NCBI GenBank assembly: GCA_951406725.2
Contig: OX597830.1
Span: 51,274,001 to 51,338,000, forward strand
From: Octopus vulgaris
Lineage: Eukaryota
Length of the DNA stretch: 64,000 nt
Direction: 5' to 3'
The position numbers were made by a program, and so were the translations under genes. Every line of letters begins with the position of its first letter. Position 1 is the stretch's first letter. The notes beneath the pieces are model-generated. The model saw only the letters and a program-made list of their open reading frames with translations, did not search any database and was not told the DNA's origin. This document shows positions 1 through 13,421 of the stretch, one piece after another.

Positions 1-327
1 ATGCTTGGATAGGCACAGCTTTCACTCACACATTTCCAGAAGGTTCTACAATAAACGTTTTAGTTCCGGCAGCAAACATATGCACGAAATTTGGGGAGAA
101 ACTATTGAACGGTTTGTAACACGCTAACATGGTTAATGAGGCGTGTTGGTATCAGAAAATTTGAAACGTTTCACATTTCAAGTAAGTATTTCAGATGACA
201 ACGTCTCACATAGAGGCAAGATGGAGTAAACTAGAGTCGGGTGAAATAAGGTGTAATACGATTGGAGCATTGAAGTAGACATCACAAAAATCATAGAATC
301 AAGTAATGGCTATGATATGTGATGTGA

Positions 328-378
<51 letters not shown>

Positions 379-498
379 GCGCGTGTTTATGTGTCTGTTA
401 TTGTAGAATTATAGTTTTAAAACATTTCAGGAATAAAATAAGCTATGATGGAGGAAATTCAACTTGTGCGAGCGATGCGGTATGTACGTGTGTATGTA

Positions 499-578
<80 letters not shown>

Positions 579-628
579 ATGGATTTTTTCTTGTCGGGAG
601 AGTATGTATGTATGTAACGATCTCTATA

Positions 629-676
<48 letters not shown>

Positions 677-819
677 CCATATACAAATATATATATATTT
701 ATGTATATATATATTGAGAATGCATTTTTATCAATATATGTAGCTAAACATACACACACGCATGCACACGCACACGCACACACACACATACACACAAGAA
801 TATATACATATATATATAT

Positions 820-857
<38 letters not shown>

Positions 858-1084
858 GCTATAGGTGGGGGTCGCAAAATTTGTAATGGGGCCAACCTGA
901 GTGAATTCTGATTCCTCGTTTTTCCCCTACCTGTTTGCAACCTTTAAAATGCCAGTATTGCATCATCATTTTGTACTGTTGCATCATCTTTGGGCGTAAA
1001 AATTGGTCAGCGTAGTTGTTGTCTTTGTTGTTGTTGTTGCTGCACGGTTGGTCAATTACTAACTGGAACCCGGACATAAATATA

Positions 1085-1855
1085 TACCGCTCTAGATCCT
1101 AATGTAAGCGTTATTAATAATATTATGAATGATAATAATGATAACATTAATGATATTGACAACGATAATATTGCTAACTTTAATGACACTTTAGAAATTA
1201 GTATGAAGCAATATAATGTACTATTGACTATGTATATTTGCATCTAGTTACTAATTTGTGTATGTTTATTATCACAATATTGAGTCGAAAAACTGAGACA
1301 TTAGATGTAGAATACATATATATGTTTACTAATTTATATTATTTACTTATATCATTATGTATATGTATATTTTTATATGTATAAGAGTGTGAGTATACGC
1401 TCTCATATGTATATGTATATGTTGTATTATGGGTATGCATCCACACCCATGTGGGTATATATGTAGACTGATTTATATTACGTAATCTCCGAAGAGGCCT
1501 TATGATATTTTTGTAAATGTCTCATTTATATCTATATATTGACCTACCATAAAGGGCTAATCTTGGTAAAATGAGACATACTTATCTCCATGGCCGAAAC
1601 AGCTGTAAGATGTAATCTATACTTATATTTATATTTACTCATATTTAAATTCTCTTTTATATACATTGTACTTATTATACAACATTACTTTTTTATGTAC
1701 ACTTTTTTTATGTACATTCCTTTATGTGCACTGATTTGTTCTGCTTTTTATATCTAACCCTATAGTCTCTTATGTGGTGGTTTAATAAAGTATGTGATTG
1801 AGAATTATCTGGTAATTGATATTTGATTTAGATGTATTTCTCCATTTTCTTATCT

Positions 1856-1858
<3 letters not shown>
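1085..1858 (+). mobile_element. Non-coding AT-rich PLE-tail-like element carrying an HHR, ending at (TA)n
   Basis: Contains the HHR at 1477-1616 and abuts (TA)n at ~1858. The 5' boundary is approximate. Confidence 0.45.
1477..1616 (+). ncRNA. Type I hammerhead ribozyme motif, U4C core variant, long helix II insert
   Basis: ATCT-CCGAAGA-GGCC...(~90 nt, inner stem ATGTCTCATTT/AAATGAGACAT)...GGCC-GAAA-C-AGCT-GTA-AGAT. Palindromic helix III; GUA cleavage triplet. Confidence 0.75.
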
Positions 1859-1898
<40 letters not shown>

Positions 1899-1914
1899 GC
1901 GTTTGAGTGCGTGT

Positions 1915-2100
1915 GTCTTTGTCCTCAACCACTTCTTGGAAACTAGTGTTTACGGCCCCGTAACTTAGCGTTTCGACAAAAGAGACATGTAGAATAAGTT
2001 CCAGGCTTTAAAAGAAAATAAGCCCTGGGATCGATTTGTTTGACTAAACCCTTCAAGGCGTTGCCCCGACATCGACACAGTCCAATGACTGAAACAAGCA
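1915..2100 (+). mobile_element. SINE family A, 3' half, diverged
   Basis: ccccgtaacttagcg...agaataagt...aatgactgaaacaag matches the family A tail. Confidence 0.75.
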
Positions 2101-2491
2101 AATATATTTTGCTCTAGATCTTAAGATCTTTATTCTGAAAGTTTAGAAAGCTAACATGTAATACGATAAGCTCAGAAAGAGCAAAATTCTGCTGAAAGAA
2201 ATTGAGAAAAATTTTTCCTTCCTCTACAAAATAATTTCTTACTTTTTATATTCTAAAGATAACACATTTCTTATGTTACCTTATGTAACATTGTAGAGTC
2301 TTATGTTATTTGGAGACTCTACAAAGAATTGTAGAGTTTGTTTTTTACCCTCACCTGAACCTTGAATGCTTTAATAAGTTTTGGGCTTGGTCCCTGGTCA
2401 GTATAACTGTCCTTCTTCTCTTCCTCTCTTTCTCTCTTACTCTCACCTCTTCTGTCGTGCTTTTTCTGATTAAGCCATAAAAATATTTGTA

Positions 2492-2910
2492 GGCGCAGGA
2501 GTGGCTGTGTGGTAAGTAGCTTGCTAACCAACCACATGGTTCCGGGTTCAGTCCCACTGCGTGGCATCTTGGGCAAGTGTCTTCTGCTATAGCCCCGGGC
2601 CGACCAATGCCATGTGAGTGGATTTGGTAGACGGAAACTGAAAGAAGCCTGTCGTATATATGTATATATATGTATGTGTGCGTGTGTTTGTGTGTCTGTG
2701 TTTGTCCCCCTAGCATTGCCTGACAACCGATGCTGGTGTGTTTACGTCCCCGTCACTTAGCGGTTCGGCAAAAGAGACGGATAGAATAAGTACTGGGCGT
2801 ACAAAGAATAAGTTCCGGGGTCGATTTGCTCGACTAAAGGCGGTGCTCCAGCATGGCCACAGTCAAATGACTGAAACAAGTAAAAGAGAGTAAAAGAGAG
2901 TAAAGAGAGA
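2492..2910 (+). mobile_element. tRNA-derived SINE family A, full length
   Basis: A box tggctgtgtgg, B box ggttcagtccc, CORE-like cttgggcaagt, internal TA/TG microsatellite, (taaaagag)n tail. More than 10 copies in the window. Confidence 0.9.
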
Positions 2911-3017
2911 GTAATCCAGTGATTAAAACGTTCTACATTAGCCGCTAGTTAAAGTACACACAACTCACACATACACTTACAGAAAACATATATATCTACA
3001 CACACATACAGCCAACG

Positions 3018-3132
<115 letters not shown>

Positions 3133-3450
3133 CACATACCTACATCTGTTTCTTGTTTCGAAATAAAATGGAAGAAATGATACATACAATTCTATAAGAT
3201 ATTGGATATTCGATGGCTGCTGCTACTAATCCAGCAGGTTTAATATTAAAAGTGTCCTTCCAGTCTTATTTTCAATATGTTCTTCCTTTTTCATAAAAAA
3301 AATTAAGCTACTATTTCTAACACATCGAACGGCTACTTTGAAGCTCGTTCATCGATATGTCAGGCGGTTTCAAATCTACACATCATACATCTTTTCCATA
3401 GGAAGACATTAAATGTGTCTTATTGGCTCATTTTATTTAATTGTATAGAA

Positions 3451-3747
3451 CAGTGGTTCACAACTGGCGTTTATATGAAGCCTACGGGTTCAAATAAGAC
3501 TTTTGGAGCCGCACAGGCAAAATAGTAAATTAAAGATCCAGAGCAGTATTTTAAGGGTCCATGAAAATTTTGATTTAAATATATTATTTGCAAGAAACAG
3601 CCAGGTTTATTCCTCTGACATTTTACATAGTTAAACATTTCCTAGTTGAAGTGAAAATAATAAAATTGGAATTTTGGAAGAAGTATTTATAAATCTAATT
3701 TTTTTAAGCAAGGGGGTCCATAAATAACAAATGGTTGAGAACCAGTG
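3451..3747. mobile_element. hAT-type MITE (Charlie/MER5-like ends)
   Basis: TIRs cagtggttcacaac / gttgagaaccagtg; 8-bp TSD gtatagaa / gtgtagaa. Confidence 0.8.
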
Positions 3748-4184
3748 GTGTAGAAGAGAGTTTACTATGAGAGACATGCTTTCTGGTCAGCTGTTACTGT
3801 ATATGTCATCTTCAGCAAAAGCGAAAAGAAAGCTGGCGAAATGACGAGCCAGGGAATGAACCTCCCGACTTGACAGAAATAGCAGCAAAGTCTTTGTAAT
3901 GTCACACGCCACCAAATTAAAGATGGGAGGATGAGCGAACAAAGAAAAATGATGGCTGTAGATTGAACAGGTATGAACATAGTCTGCTTGATCGGGGCTT
4001 GGCCGCCATCACTATGAACAACAACAAAATGAGGAATCTTCTTATTTTGTGAATAGATTAATTATTCTTTTAAATATATTTTGCAATTACGGAAGATGTT
4101 GCGTGACAAATTTCGCAAATAACTTGATAAAAACATAAATAATTCTTACCATTGTATGTTCATATCTAGGCAGGGGTCATTCCC

Positions 4185-4400
4185 CATTTCTTTACTACCC
4201 ACAAGGGGCTAAACACAGAGAGGACAAACAAGGACAAACAAACGGATTAAGTCGATTATATCGACCCAGTGCGTAACTGGTACTTATTTAATCGACCCCG
4301 AAAGGATGAAAGGCAAAGTCGACCTCGGCTGAATTTGAACTCAGAACGTAAAGACAGACGAGTTACCACTAAGCATTTCGCCCGGCGTGCTAATGTTTCT
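4185..4400 (-). mobile_element. SINE family B (central motif resembles the Nin/Deu domain)
   Basis: Minus strand reads gagttcaaattc...gtcgactttgcctttcatcctttcggggtcga...aagtaccag. Matches copies at 8.6, 26.8 and 56.5 kb. Confidence 0.85.
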
Positions 4401-5383
4401 GTCATTCCCTGTTGTACTCCTGACCATCGCAGTACTATAGTGTAAACAGCAATCAAATAGTGACTTTAACCGCTTGCACCCTTTCAGTAACACTTTTTAA
4501 CAGTGTTGCGGTGTAAGAAATCAAAAGAAATCAATTCTAAAATTGTGACACGAATTGCTTACCATAGAAGAGTTAGTGTAATGCTTGACTGTTCAATTTA
4601 GACACGAAGACAGCAGTATGCGCCATTTACCTCGTACCTTCTTAGCTCTTTAGGTCATACCTCATTTTCCCTCATCACCCCTTCTCTTTCTTTCTTCTCT
4701 ACCTCAATATGCAGGTACGTACATACGGATATAGATGTAAGTTTTTGTGTGTGTGCGTGAGAGAGAGAGAGAGAGCATGCGTATATATGTTTGTACGTAT
4801 ATACATATGTATTTAACTATACGTCTAAGTGTGTTTTGTGTTAAAGGGTTTGTGTGTGTACGTGTGCATGTGTGCGTGTGTGCATATGTGTGTGTGAGAG
4901 ATAGATAGCTAGCTAGATAGATAGGTAGATAGATAGAGAGAAAGAGTGAGAGAGGGAGAGATGGGGTATGATTGAGTGGTGATAGGGGTGTAATGGGAGC
5001 ACTTAAGTATTTTGTTTCGAATCCGGGTGTGGCTAAAACAGTTCCAGGTCAGTGAATTATGTCAATACAAATAAGTAAGCAGTTATCTTTTCCTTTTCAT
5101 TAAACCCTATTTTTCCTGAGGTTATGTCAAGCTACATATGGAAGCAGAATTGTGGCAGTAATGTGGCACAAAAAAAAAAAACAAGAAAGAAAAATGATTG
5201 CCACAAAAGTAAAAAAAAAAAAAAACGCTAACAAAAACAAGAACGACGGCGATGACAACACGAACAATGTCAACAGCGATGACAGCAACAATCATGACAG
5301 TAATAACAATAACAGCAACAACAACGACAACAACAACAGCAGCAGCACCATCACCAACAGCAACAACAGCAACAGCAACATCT

Positions 5384-5830
5384 GTGGAGGTGCAATGGCT
5401 CAGTGGTTAGGGCAGCGGACTCGCGGTTGTAAGAACGCGGTTTCGATTCCCGGTCCGAGGCTCCGGCGGGAGAGGGGTGGGGTGGTGAACCTCGCTGTAC
5501 TCTTTCATTACAACTTTCTCTCACTCTTTCTTCCTACTTCTACCACAAAGTAGAGGAACCATGGTGTAACCCACTATAGTGTGGTAAAACTTTCAGACCC
5601 TAGTCTCAGATTACGAATCATCTGTACCCCAGGATGGTTCGGCTCTCCACCCGTTAAAAGCTACCGTTTACCGAATGAGGATAACAACGTAGCTTTTGAG
5701 CCCGTGCAACCGCCAGTCTATCGCATGTGGTGGGTGGATCTTCAAGTTGCCACACGCATTCTTAGTAGCTTAGAATAGGCTCGAATTAGAGATTATTCTT
5801 TATGGCTAATGGCGTGAGTCCTGATTGGAA
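5384..5830 (+). mobile_element. SINE family C (tRNA-Arg-like head) with a distinct 3' body
   Basis: ggaggtgcaatggctcagtggttagggcagcggactcgcggt...ggtttcgattccc, followed by a (CAA)-rich tail. Confidence 0.75.
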
Positions 5831-6208
5831 GAAGACAACAGCAACAACAACAACAACAACAGCAACACCGACAACAACGACAACAAGAGCAACAAATATT
5901 TTTAAAGTAGTAACAATGACATCAAAAACAAGGGCAACGCAACGTGATCCGTGGGACAGATGTGTATACAGTAGTATTTGCGAGAGATAGCAGCCTAATC
6001 ACCATCAAATAATTACTTATTGTCGTTTTAGCAGAACATATGAATAACGTTGTACTTGAATGGAAATATTCTAAGAGAAGAGATAGTCATATGTGGATTG
6101 CCTTTGATCATAACACTGCCTTACTCAATGCTGACCTGGTGTTAAAGAACAACAACAGCAATGGCAACAAAAACTACAACATCAACGACATCAACAACAG
6201 CAACAACA

Positions 6209-6760
6209 GTGGAGGCGCAAGCGGACTCGCGGTCGGAGGATCGCGATTTCAATTCCCAGACCGGGCGTTGTGTGTGTTTATTGAGCGAAAACACCTAAAG
6301 CTCAAGGAGGCTCCGGCAGTGGGTAGTGGCGACCCCAGTTGTACTCTTTCGCTCCAACTTTCTCTCACTCTTTCTTCCTGTTTCTTGTCCCCGACTTCCT
6401 ACGCAACCGCTGAGCCTGGATGCACATTCATCCATCCGTCGATGCTCTCGGTGTCGGGGGTTGACCTGCTTTCAAATGTATTCCGGATATGACAGTCCTG
6501 TCTATTGTAAGTAATATATAATCTGTGTATCTATTCTTTTATTTAAAATAGCGATGAATACATTGAGAGAGCTTGGTTGCTATTTCTAGCAAGTCAGCGA
6601 CAACGTAGAAATGATGTCATCAGCTCATATGCTAATTTATAATAAAAAAAGAGAAATTTTTTATAAACTTGGGTCTTAAATCTTTCTAAATCTTTGAAGA
6701 TGGAAAACAACCCAATGACAGATATATGCCGAAGATATAGTCAAGTGCTTAAGAAACTCA
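6209..6760 (+). mobile_element. SINE family C plus ~270-bp extension, duplicated in inverted orientation at 48301-48870
   Basis: Near-identical reverse complement of 48301-48870. Confidence 0.85.
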
Positions 6761-6868
6761 CTTCGCCACCACATTGCTTTGAGTTCTCAAGAGTTTTCTA
6801 TTATAATCTTGAAATGGCCAATATTTAATAGTGAAACCCTAGTGACGGTTATTGTGCAGACGTGTTTA

Positions 6869-7210
6869 TTTCTACATGTGCAGTTAACTTCTATATATTA
6901 GTTTAGACTTTTTATGTTATCCTATTATCTATAGATTTGTAGCAGTGATTGATAAAAAATTCTTTATCTATTACGCTAAGAAGCTTTTAGTAATATCTGA
7001 TTGAACGTTCTAAGGAAATACGAACCAGATAATATTAGAGACTATCTCCTCCTTACTGTTAGATGACATGAACAAGAGATATACGTTATCTTTGATTCTA
7101 CTTCATGTTAATGCATTGTGATAAGCGTCATCTTATCGAAGATTTATATATTTCATGACAGGCTGGAGATATTTCTACTGTTAATAATCAGTTAACTGCA
7201 CATGTAGAAA
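6869..7210. mobile_element. Candidate MITE with 21-bp perfect inverted repeats
   Basis: tttctacatgtgcagttaact (6869-6889) / agttaactgcacatgtagaaa (7190-7210). No clear TSD. Confidence 0.45.
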
Positions 7211-8614
7211 CATAAGTGCATATTTCTTTGATATGTCATGTAATTTTCAAACGATCATATATCAAACAGAAACCATCTCCACAAATCTGAACTTTTATGC
7301 AGTACGTTAAGAATATACGGGAAGGAATTTAAAATACGTTACTTCACTCGTACTTCTTTTAAACATAGGACAGTATTAGAAAGAAGCATATGATAACATT
7401 AACCAGTTACATCTAGAATGTGAAAGAACATGGTACTTAATTTTATATCAAAGAAAATCCTTGAGGAAAGCAACCCTTATGTAAATAGTTGAAAATGAAG
7501 CCATTTATGTAAAACGGAAAAAGTTCTCGTGTGCTACCACTTTGACGAATATCTTCTAAAGTCCTGGAATTTTACCTTTCTGTACAACACCGAACGCTCA
7601 TATTCAATGCATTATATTCTCATGCGCTCTATTATGTTTATATCTAATAATTAAATAAGTATCAACTGTTATGAGTCAAAAATTAATCTACCTTCCTATC
7701 CTCACCTTAACAGTTTCAATGCTCCATATTTTCTTTTAAGTTCCTATGTTATTTTTTTTTTTGCAGTCTTCTCTATATTTCTTTAATAATGTTTTTTTAT
7801 AATTTTCAACTCCTTCATAAATATTTTTCTAATATAATTTCATTTTCTTATATCATAATACCATTTTTAAAAAAGGCCACCACATGTGCTACTATAAGTT
7901 GCATCCTTTACAATATCTTTGATCCCCAGAAAACCAGGAGCCGCGTCACAAAGAGTCATAATATTGTATATGATAATTATTCAGATTTTAGATAAATAAA
8001 AAACTTCAAGTATCCGTCTTTTGTTGGAAGTTTTTATTGAGTAGAAAACTTGAATTATTGTTGTCATTGAGTGATTCCACGACAGTGAATGCCTGGCAAC
8101 CATCACATTCAATCTATTCGATACAATGGATTTTTATTTTTCTATATCCAGGATTCCATCATGAAGGACATGTATTCTGGAAGACAGTTCACCATACTCA
8201 TCTATGTATATACTGGTGTCTTATTGAATGCTAGGAAGTCACTATTACTCTACGATGATGTCTCCTAGGTTGAAAAGACGGTCTCCTTCTGTTCACTCTC
8301 TTTGTCTCTGTCTCTTTGTTTGTCTGTCTGTCTCTCTTTCTTTTTCTCTCATTCTCTCTTTCTCTCTCTCTCACACTCTCTCTCACACTCTCTCTCTCAC
8401 TCTCTCTCTGTGAAGAGTTATAATGGGTATGAAATACTGGATCCTGTGGAAATATTTATCATTGACACTCTCCAAAAGCGCACCACTCCTCACATATGGT
8501 GGCATGCACAGTTATGATGGCTTAGAAACTTCATGCAATATGAACGGCTACACTATAGAAAACTCCAGTAAGGAATTATTGAGGATGCATAAGGACTTTG
8601 GCATCAATATATAT

Positions 8615-8822
8615 TTCTTTATTACCCTCAAGGGGCTAAACATAGAGGGGACAAACAAGGACAGACAAAGGGATTAAGTCGATTAACTGGTACTTAATTT
8701 ATCGACCCAGAAAGGATGAAAGGCAAAGTCGACCTCGGCGGAATTTGAACTCAGAACATAACGACAGACGAAATACCGCTAAGCATTTCACCCGGCGCGT
8801 TAACGTTTCTGCCAGTTCGCCA
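8615..8822 (-). mobile_element. SINE family B
   Basis: Same sequence family as 4185-4400. Confidence 0.85.
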
Positions 8823-8879
8823 CTAACTTAACGATAGCCAACTTCGATATAACGTAACTTAAAGTCAGGTAGATGACCT

Positions 8880-10104
8880 ACCGAAAGCCGAATGGAACAT
8901 TTACAAAAAACTTCGTAACACCTGTCTCTTATATACACAAAACCTTGCAACGACAATATGTATAAGAGTTTTTTTACCTTTTGTCACAGATATATATTAA
9001 CAAAGATATCGTTGACAAAGATATCGTTAACAGACCAGCTCCCTATTATAATAATGCATTAGCTAGGAGCGGCTTTACTGAAAGTTTAGATAAGACACCT
9101 CACAGAAGAGTAGAACCAGAAAGAAGACAGTAACATGTATTAAAATATTACACAACCAAGACGTCACAAGATACATAGATGCTCACTTACAAACTCTTAC
9201 AAGATATTTCCTACAAATACACCAAAAAGTCAATAAGATTTTTTAACTTGCCTACCATTAAGAGTAGCTATTTTTGCCAGAATAGTATAGCGTCCTAGAT
9301 AAAATACTGCAGCCAAAAAGAACCCCACACAGTCACAATCACGCAAGCCAAACATGCTAAATTTTTCCTCCTTGTCCACTCAGATGATATTGCCTCATCA
9401 TGAAGCTGCATATCGAGCAACCTATGGAAGCACTCCGTCGGTTACGACGATGAGGGTTCCGGTTGATCCGAATCAACGGAACAGCCTGCTCGTGAAATTA
9501 ACGTGTAAGTGACTGAGCACTCCACAGACACGTGCACCCTTAACGTAGTTCTCGGGGATATTCAGCGTGACAAAGAGAGTGGCAAGGCCGGCCCCTTGAA
9601 ATACAGGTACAACAGAAACAGGAAGTAAGAGTGAGAGAAAGTTGTGGTGAAAGAGTACAGCAGGGATCACCACCATCCCCTGCCGGAGCCTCGTGGAGCT
9701 TTTAGGTGTTTTCGCTCAATAAACACTCACAACGCCCGGTCTGGGAATCGAAACCGCGAGTCCGCTGCCCTAATCACTGGGCCATTGCGTCTCCATCGAG
9801 CAACCATAACACATACGTACAACATTGAATAGAAATATACTGGTCTAATGATATTTTCTTTCAAGGTCACTTATTTCAGCCTTTATATTCACACATATAA
9901 AAAAGCAGGGAAAATTCTACATCACTGTCAGAGTTCATCGGGAAAATTAGAGCCATTTAGCTCCCCCAAAAATCGTACTGACTCTGTAAACCACAGTACC
10001 AAGCAAGTGATTATCTTTGTTAAATAACAAATGACCTTACAAATTTATCTATGAACATAACAACTTGCACATTTTTTAATATCCACAATATCGCCTGCAG
10101 GATC

Positions 10105-10105
<1 letters not shown>
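8880..10105 (+). pseudogene. Decayed Penelope-like element C-terminus (linker plus GIY-YIG), interrupted by a SINE
   Basis: Hand translation across frameshifts: NKIFNLPTIKSSYFC, PCPLR*YCL, EAAYRATIT..KYTGL..SFK, RENSTSLSEFIGKIR. These resemble PLE KIFNRNTVKVSYSC / CPLxGxCL / YIGLT / NSTxLSxYIW motifs. Confidence 0.6.
9423..9794 (-). mobile_element. SINE family C, full length with TSD
   Basis: tRNA-like head at ~9794; 11-bp TSD atcgagcaacc at 9412-9422 and 9795-9805. Confidence 0.9.
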
Positions 10106-10155
<50 letters not shown>

Positions 10156-10247
10156 TCACACACACACATGCATATATGTATGTATGTATTACGTGTGCGT
10201 ATGTGTGTGAGTGTATGTTCTTGGGTGTGTTCTAAATTCGATCATAT

Positions 10248-10290
<43 letters not shown>

Positions 10291-10420
10291 TACATATACA
10301 TATGTATTTCATAAATCTATTTCTTCTGTTTCAACATATATTCATATATAAATACATACACTTGCACGCACGTATTTGTGTGTGCATGTATGTATGTTTT
10401 TATACATACACGCACACATA

Positions 10421-12407
10421 TAGTTGTGGCTGTGTAGTAAGAAGTTCCGGGTTCAGTCCTACGACATGTCTCTTTGAGCAAGTGCCTTCTACTGTAGCCC
10501 TAGGCCCCCAGGTGCCAACAAACCACGAGCTGGCTGTTCCCTCTGCAGTCGAAGAAGTGAGCAGAGTCATAAAAAAAAATGTCCACCGGCAAAGCTCCAG
10601 GCTCTGACGCCATCCCTGCAGAGGTGTTCAAGTCGGGCGGCCCTACCATGATCAGTCAGCTCACCAGCCTGTTCCAGTCGATGTGGGACAAGGAACAACT
10701 CCCTCAAGATTTCCGAGACGCAACAATCGTCCACATTTATAAGCGGAAAGGAGATCGGCAGTCCTGCGACAACCACCGAGGAATCTCCCTCTTGTCCATA
10801 GCAGGCAAGATCCTGGCCCGAGTCCTGCTTGACCGCCTTCTGGAACACTTGGAGCAAGGCCTTCTCCCTGAGAGCCAGTGTGGCTTCCGCGCGGGTCGAG
10901 GGACCACTGACATGATATTCGCCGCCCGCCAGCTCCAGGAGAAATGCATGGATCAGCACCTTGACCTCTGCATGACCTTTGTTGACCTCACCAGAGCTTT
11001 CGATACAGTCAGTCGGGAGGGACTCTGGAATGTCGTGGAAAAATTTGGTTGCCTCAGCAAATTTATTGCAATTGTCCGCCAGTTCCACGACGGAATGACA
11101 GCCAGAGTCCTTGAAGACGGCAACTCATCTGAAGTCTTCCAGGTGACCAACGGAGTCAGGCAGGGCTGTGTCTTGGCCCCAACACTGTTCAGCATCATGT
11201 TCTCGGCAATGCTGTCCGACGCCTTCAGGGACTGCAAGTCCGGTATCGACATCAAGTACAGGACGGACGGGAAATTTTTCAACTCCAGAAGACTGCAGGC
11301 CGTCACAAGGTGAGGGAGACAGTCGTCAGAGACTTTGCTGACGACTGCGCCCTTAACGCAATCGATGAGCAGGAGATGCAGCTCGGGATGGACAGGTTCT
11401 CGTCAGCCTGTGACAACTTCGGTCTCACCATCAGTGCCAAGAAAACCGAAGTGATGTTTCAGCCATCCCCCGGCAAATAATACCATGAGCTTCAGATAAA
11501 GGTGAACGGACGGATCCTACGAGCGGTGGAAAACTTCAACTACCTGGGCAGCACTCTCTCCTGCAATGCCAACATAGATGCTGAAATCATCAACAGAATC
11601 TCCAAGGCAAGCAGCGCATTTGGGAGACTGCGAAAGAAAGTCTGGGAGCGGAGAGGAATCAGCATCAACACCAAGCTGAAAGTCTACCGGGCAGTCGTGC
11701 TTACCACCCTACTATACGGCTGCGAGACGTGGACTGCTTACCGAAAGGCACGAGCGCCAGATAAACCACTTCCACCTCAAGTGTCTTCGGAACCTCCTTC
11801 ACATCCACTGGCAGGACAAAGTCCCAGACACGGAAGTTCTGAAGCAGACAGATCTCCCTAGCACCATCACGATCATGCACAAGGCCCAGCTGAGATGGAC
11901 AGGCCACGTCTCCCGCATGTCCGACACTCGCATCCCAAAACAGCTCTTCTACGGTGAACTCAGCCAGGGCAAACGCAAAGTCGGAGGGCAGAAGAAGCGC
12001 TTCAAGGGCAGTCTCAAAGTCTCTCTCAAAGATTTCTCCATCGGCACAGAGACTTGGGAGAAACTTGCTGCCGACCGCTCATCCTGGCGCAGCGCAATTA
12101 CCACAGGAGCAAAGACAGCCGAGGAGAGACGGATTCAGTCAGCAGAACAGAAACGCCAGATGCGGAAAGCCAGAGCCACCTGCACCAATAGCACAGCCCC
12201 TACCCACTTCTGCCCCACCTGTGGGAGGGGCTTTCTTGCCCGGATTGGCCCCACCAGCCACCTCCGGTCTCATAGCAGCAATTCCACCAAATGATGTCAA
12301 TCGTCATCTTCGAACCCGAAGGGCGAACATTATTAGACCGCCCAAAGATTGGTGAGTGGATGTGGAAGACAGAAACTGAAAGAAGCCCATCCTCTGTGTG
12401 TGTGTGA

Positions 12408-12490
<83 letters not shown>

Positions 12491-12670
12491 CCCTACCACT
12501 ACTTGACAGACGGTTGTTCCCGTAACCAGCGATTGGGCGAAAGAAACCGGTAGAATAAGTGCCAGCCTTATAAAAAAAACAGTACAGGCCTCAATTCATT
12601 CGACTAAAAGATTCCAAAAAGTGGTGCCCCAGCATGGCCGCAGTCTATGAATCCAGTAAAAATGTAAAAA
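10421..12670 (+). mobile_element. Diverged SINE family A split by an RTE insertion
   Basis: Head at 10421-10506; resumes at 12334 with cccaaagattggtgagtggat...gaaactgaaagaagccc and the tail. Confidence 0.8.
10507..12333 (+). mobile_element. 5'-truncated RTE-clade (BovB-like) LINE; reverse transcriptase pseudogene
   Basis: KAPGSDAIP, NHRGISLLS, QCGFR, FVDLTRAFD, GVRQGCVLAP, FADD, YLGS, C-terminal CPTC..HLRSH zinc finger. Several frameshifts; imperfect TSD taggcc/tagacc. Confidence 0.95.
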
Positions 12671-13060
12671 TTATAGGTATGTGTGTGTGTATGTGTGTGA
12701 ATAACAAATAACAATATTACAACAACAATAGCAACGACAGTGACACTATCATCTGAACAATAACAACAGCAGCAACAACAACAACAACAGCAACAACAAC
12801 AACAGCAACAACAACAACAGTAAAGAACATGAGCATTACAAAACAGCTAAGCGGAGAGAAACTTCCTGAGCAACCGGCAAACATAAGACGAAACTCGGCG
12901 TACAATATGGCACGAAGTGGTGAAGGGGAAGAAGGAGAAGGAGAGACAGTGCGTGGGAGGGATAGGGAGAGGAGAAAAATGTACAGTATGAGAGTGAGGA
13001 AGGAGTAGGAGGAGGTTGAGGGTAAAGGGAAGACTAGGAGGAATTAAGAGAGTGAATGAA

Positions 13061-13098
<38 letters not shown>

Positions 13099-13197
13099 TG
13101 TGTGTCTGAGTGTGTGTGTGGGGTATGTGTCTATATATGTTTGTGTATGTATTTGCGCGTTTGTGATATACAGGTAAATGTAGAAAAACAAAGAGAG

Positions 13198-13244
<47 letters not shown>

Positions 13245-13381
13245 GATCAGATAACGACAGAGAGGGGAAAAGGAGGAGGAGTAAGATAAGAAATAGGTAA
13301 GTCCTTCCAGCCAGCAAGACAGCCAACCACCCAGCTAACACAATAGCCACCACCACCACCACCACCATCACCACCACCAAG

Positions 13382-13421
<40 letters not shown>

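Noticed and set aside
9370-9400. In-frame TGA in the PLE Cys-rich motif as possible selenocysteine (Naiad-like)
   Set aside because: The TGA falls at a Gly-like position in a copy full of other lesions.
12829-13302. Possible host first exon (short ORF MSITKQLSG..., donor AG|GTAAGT near 13297)
   Set aside because: No recognisable homology or downstream exon; it cannot be supported without RNA data.
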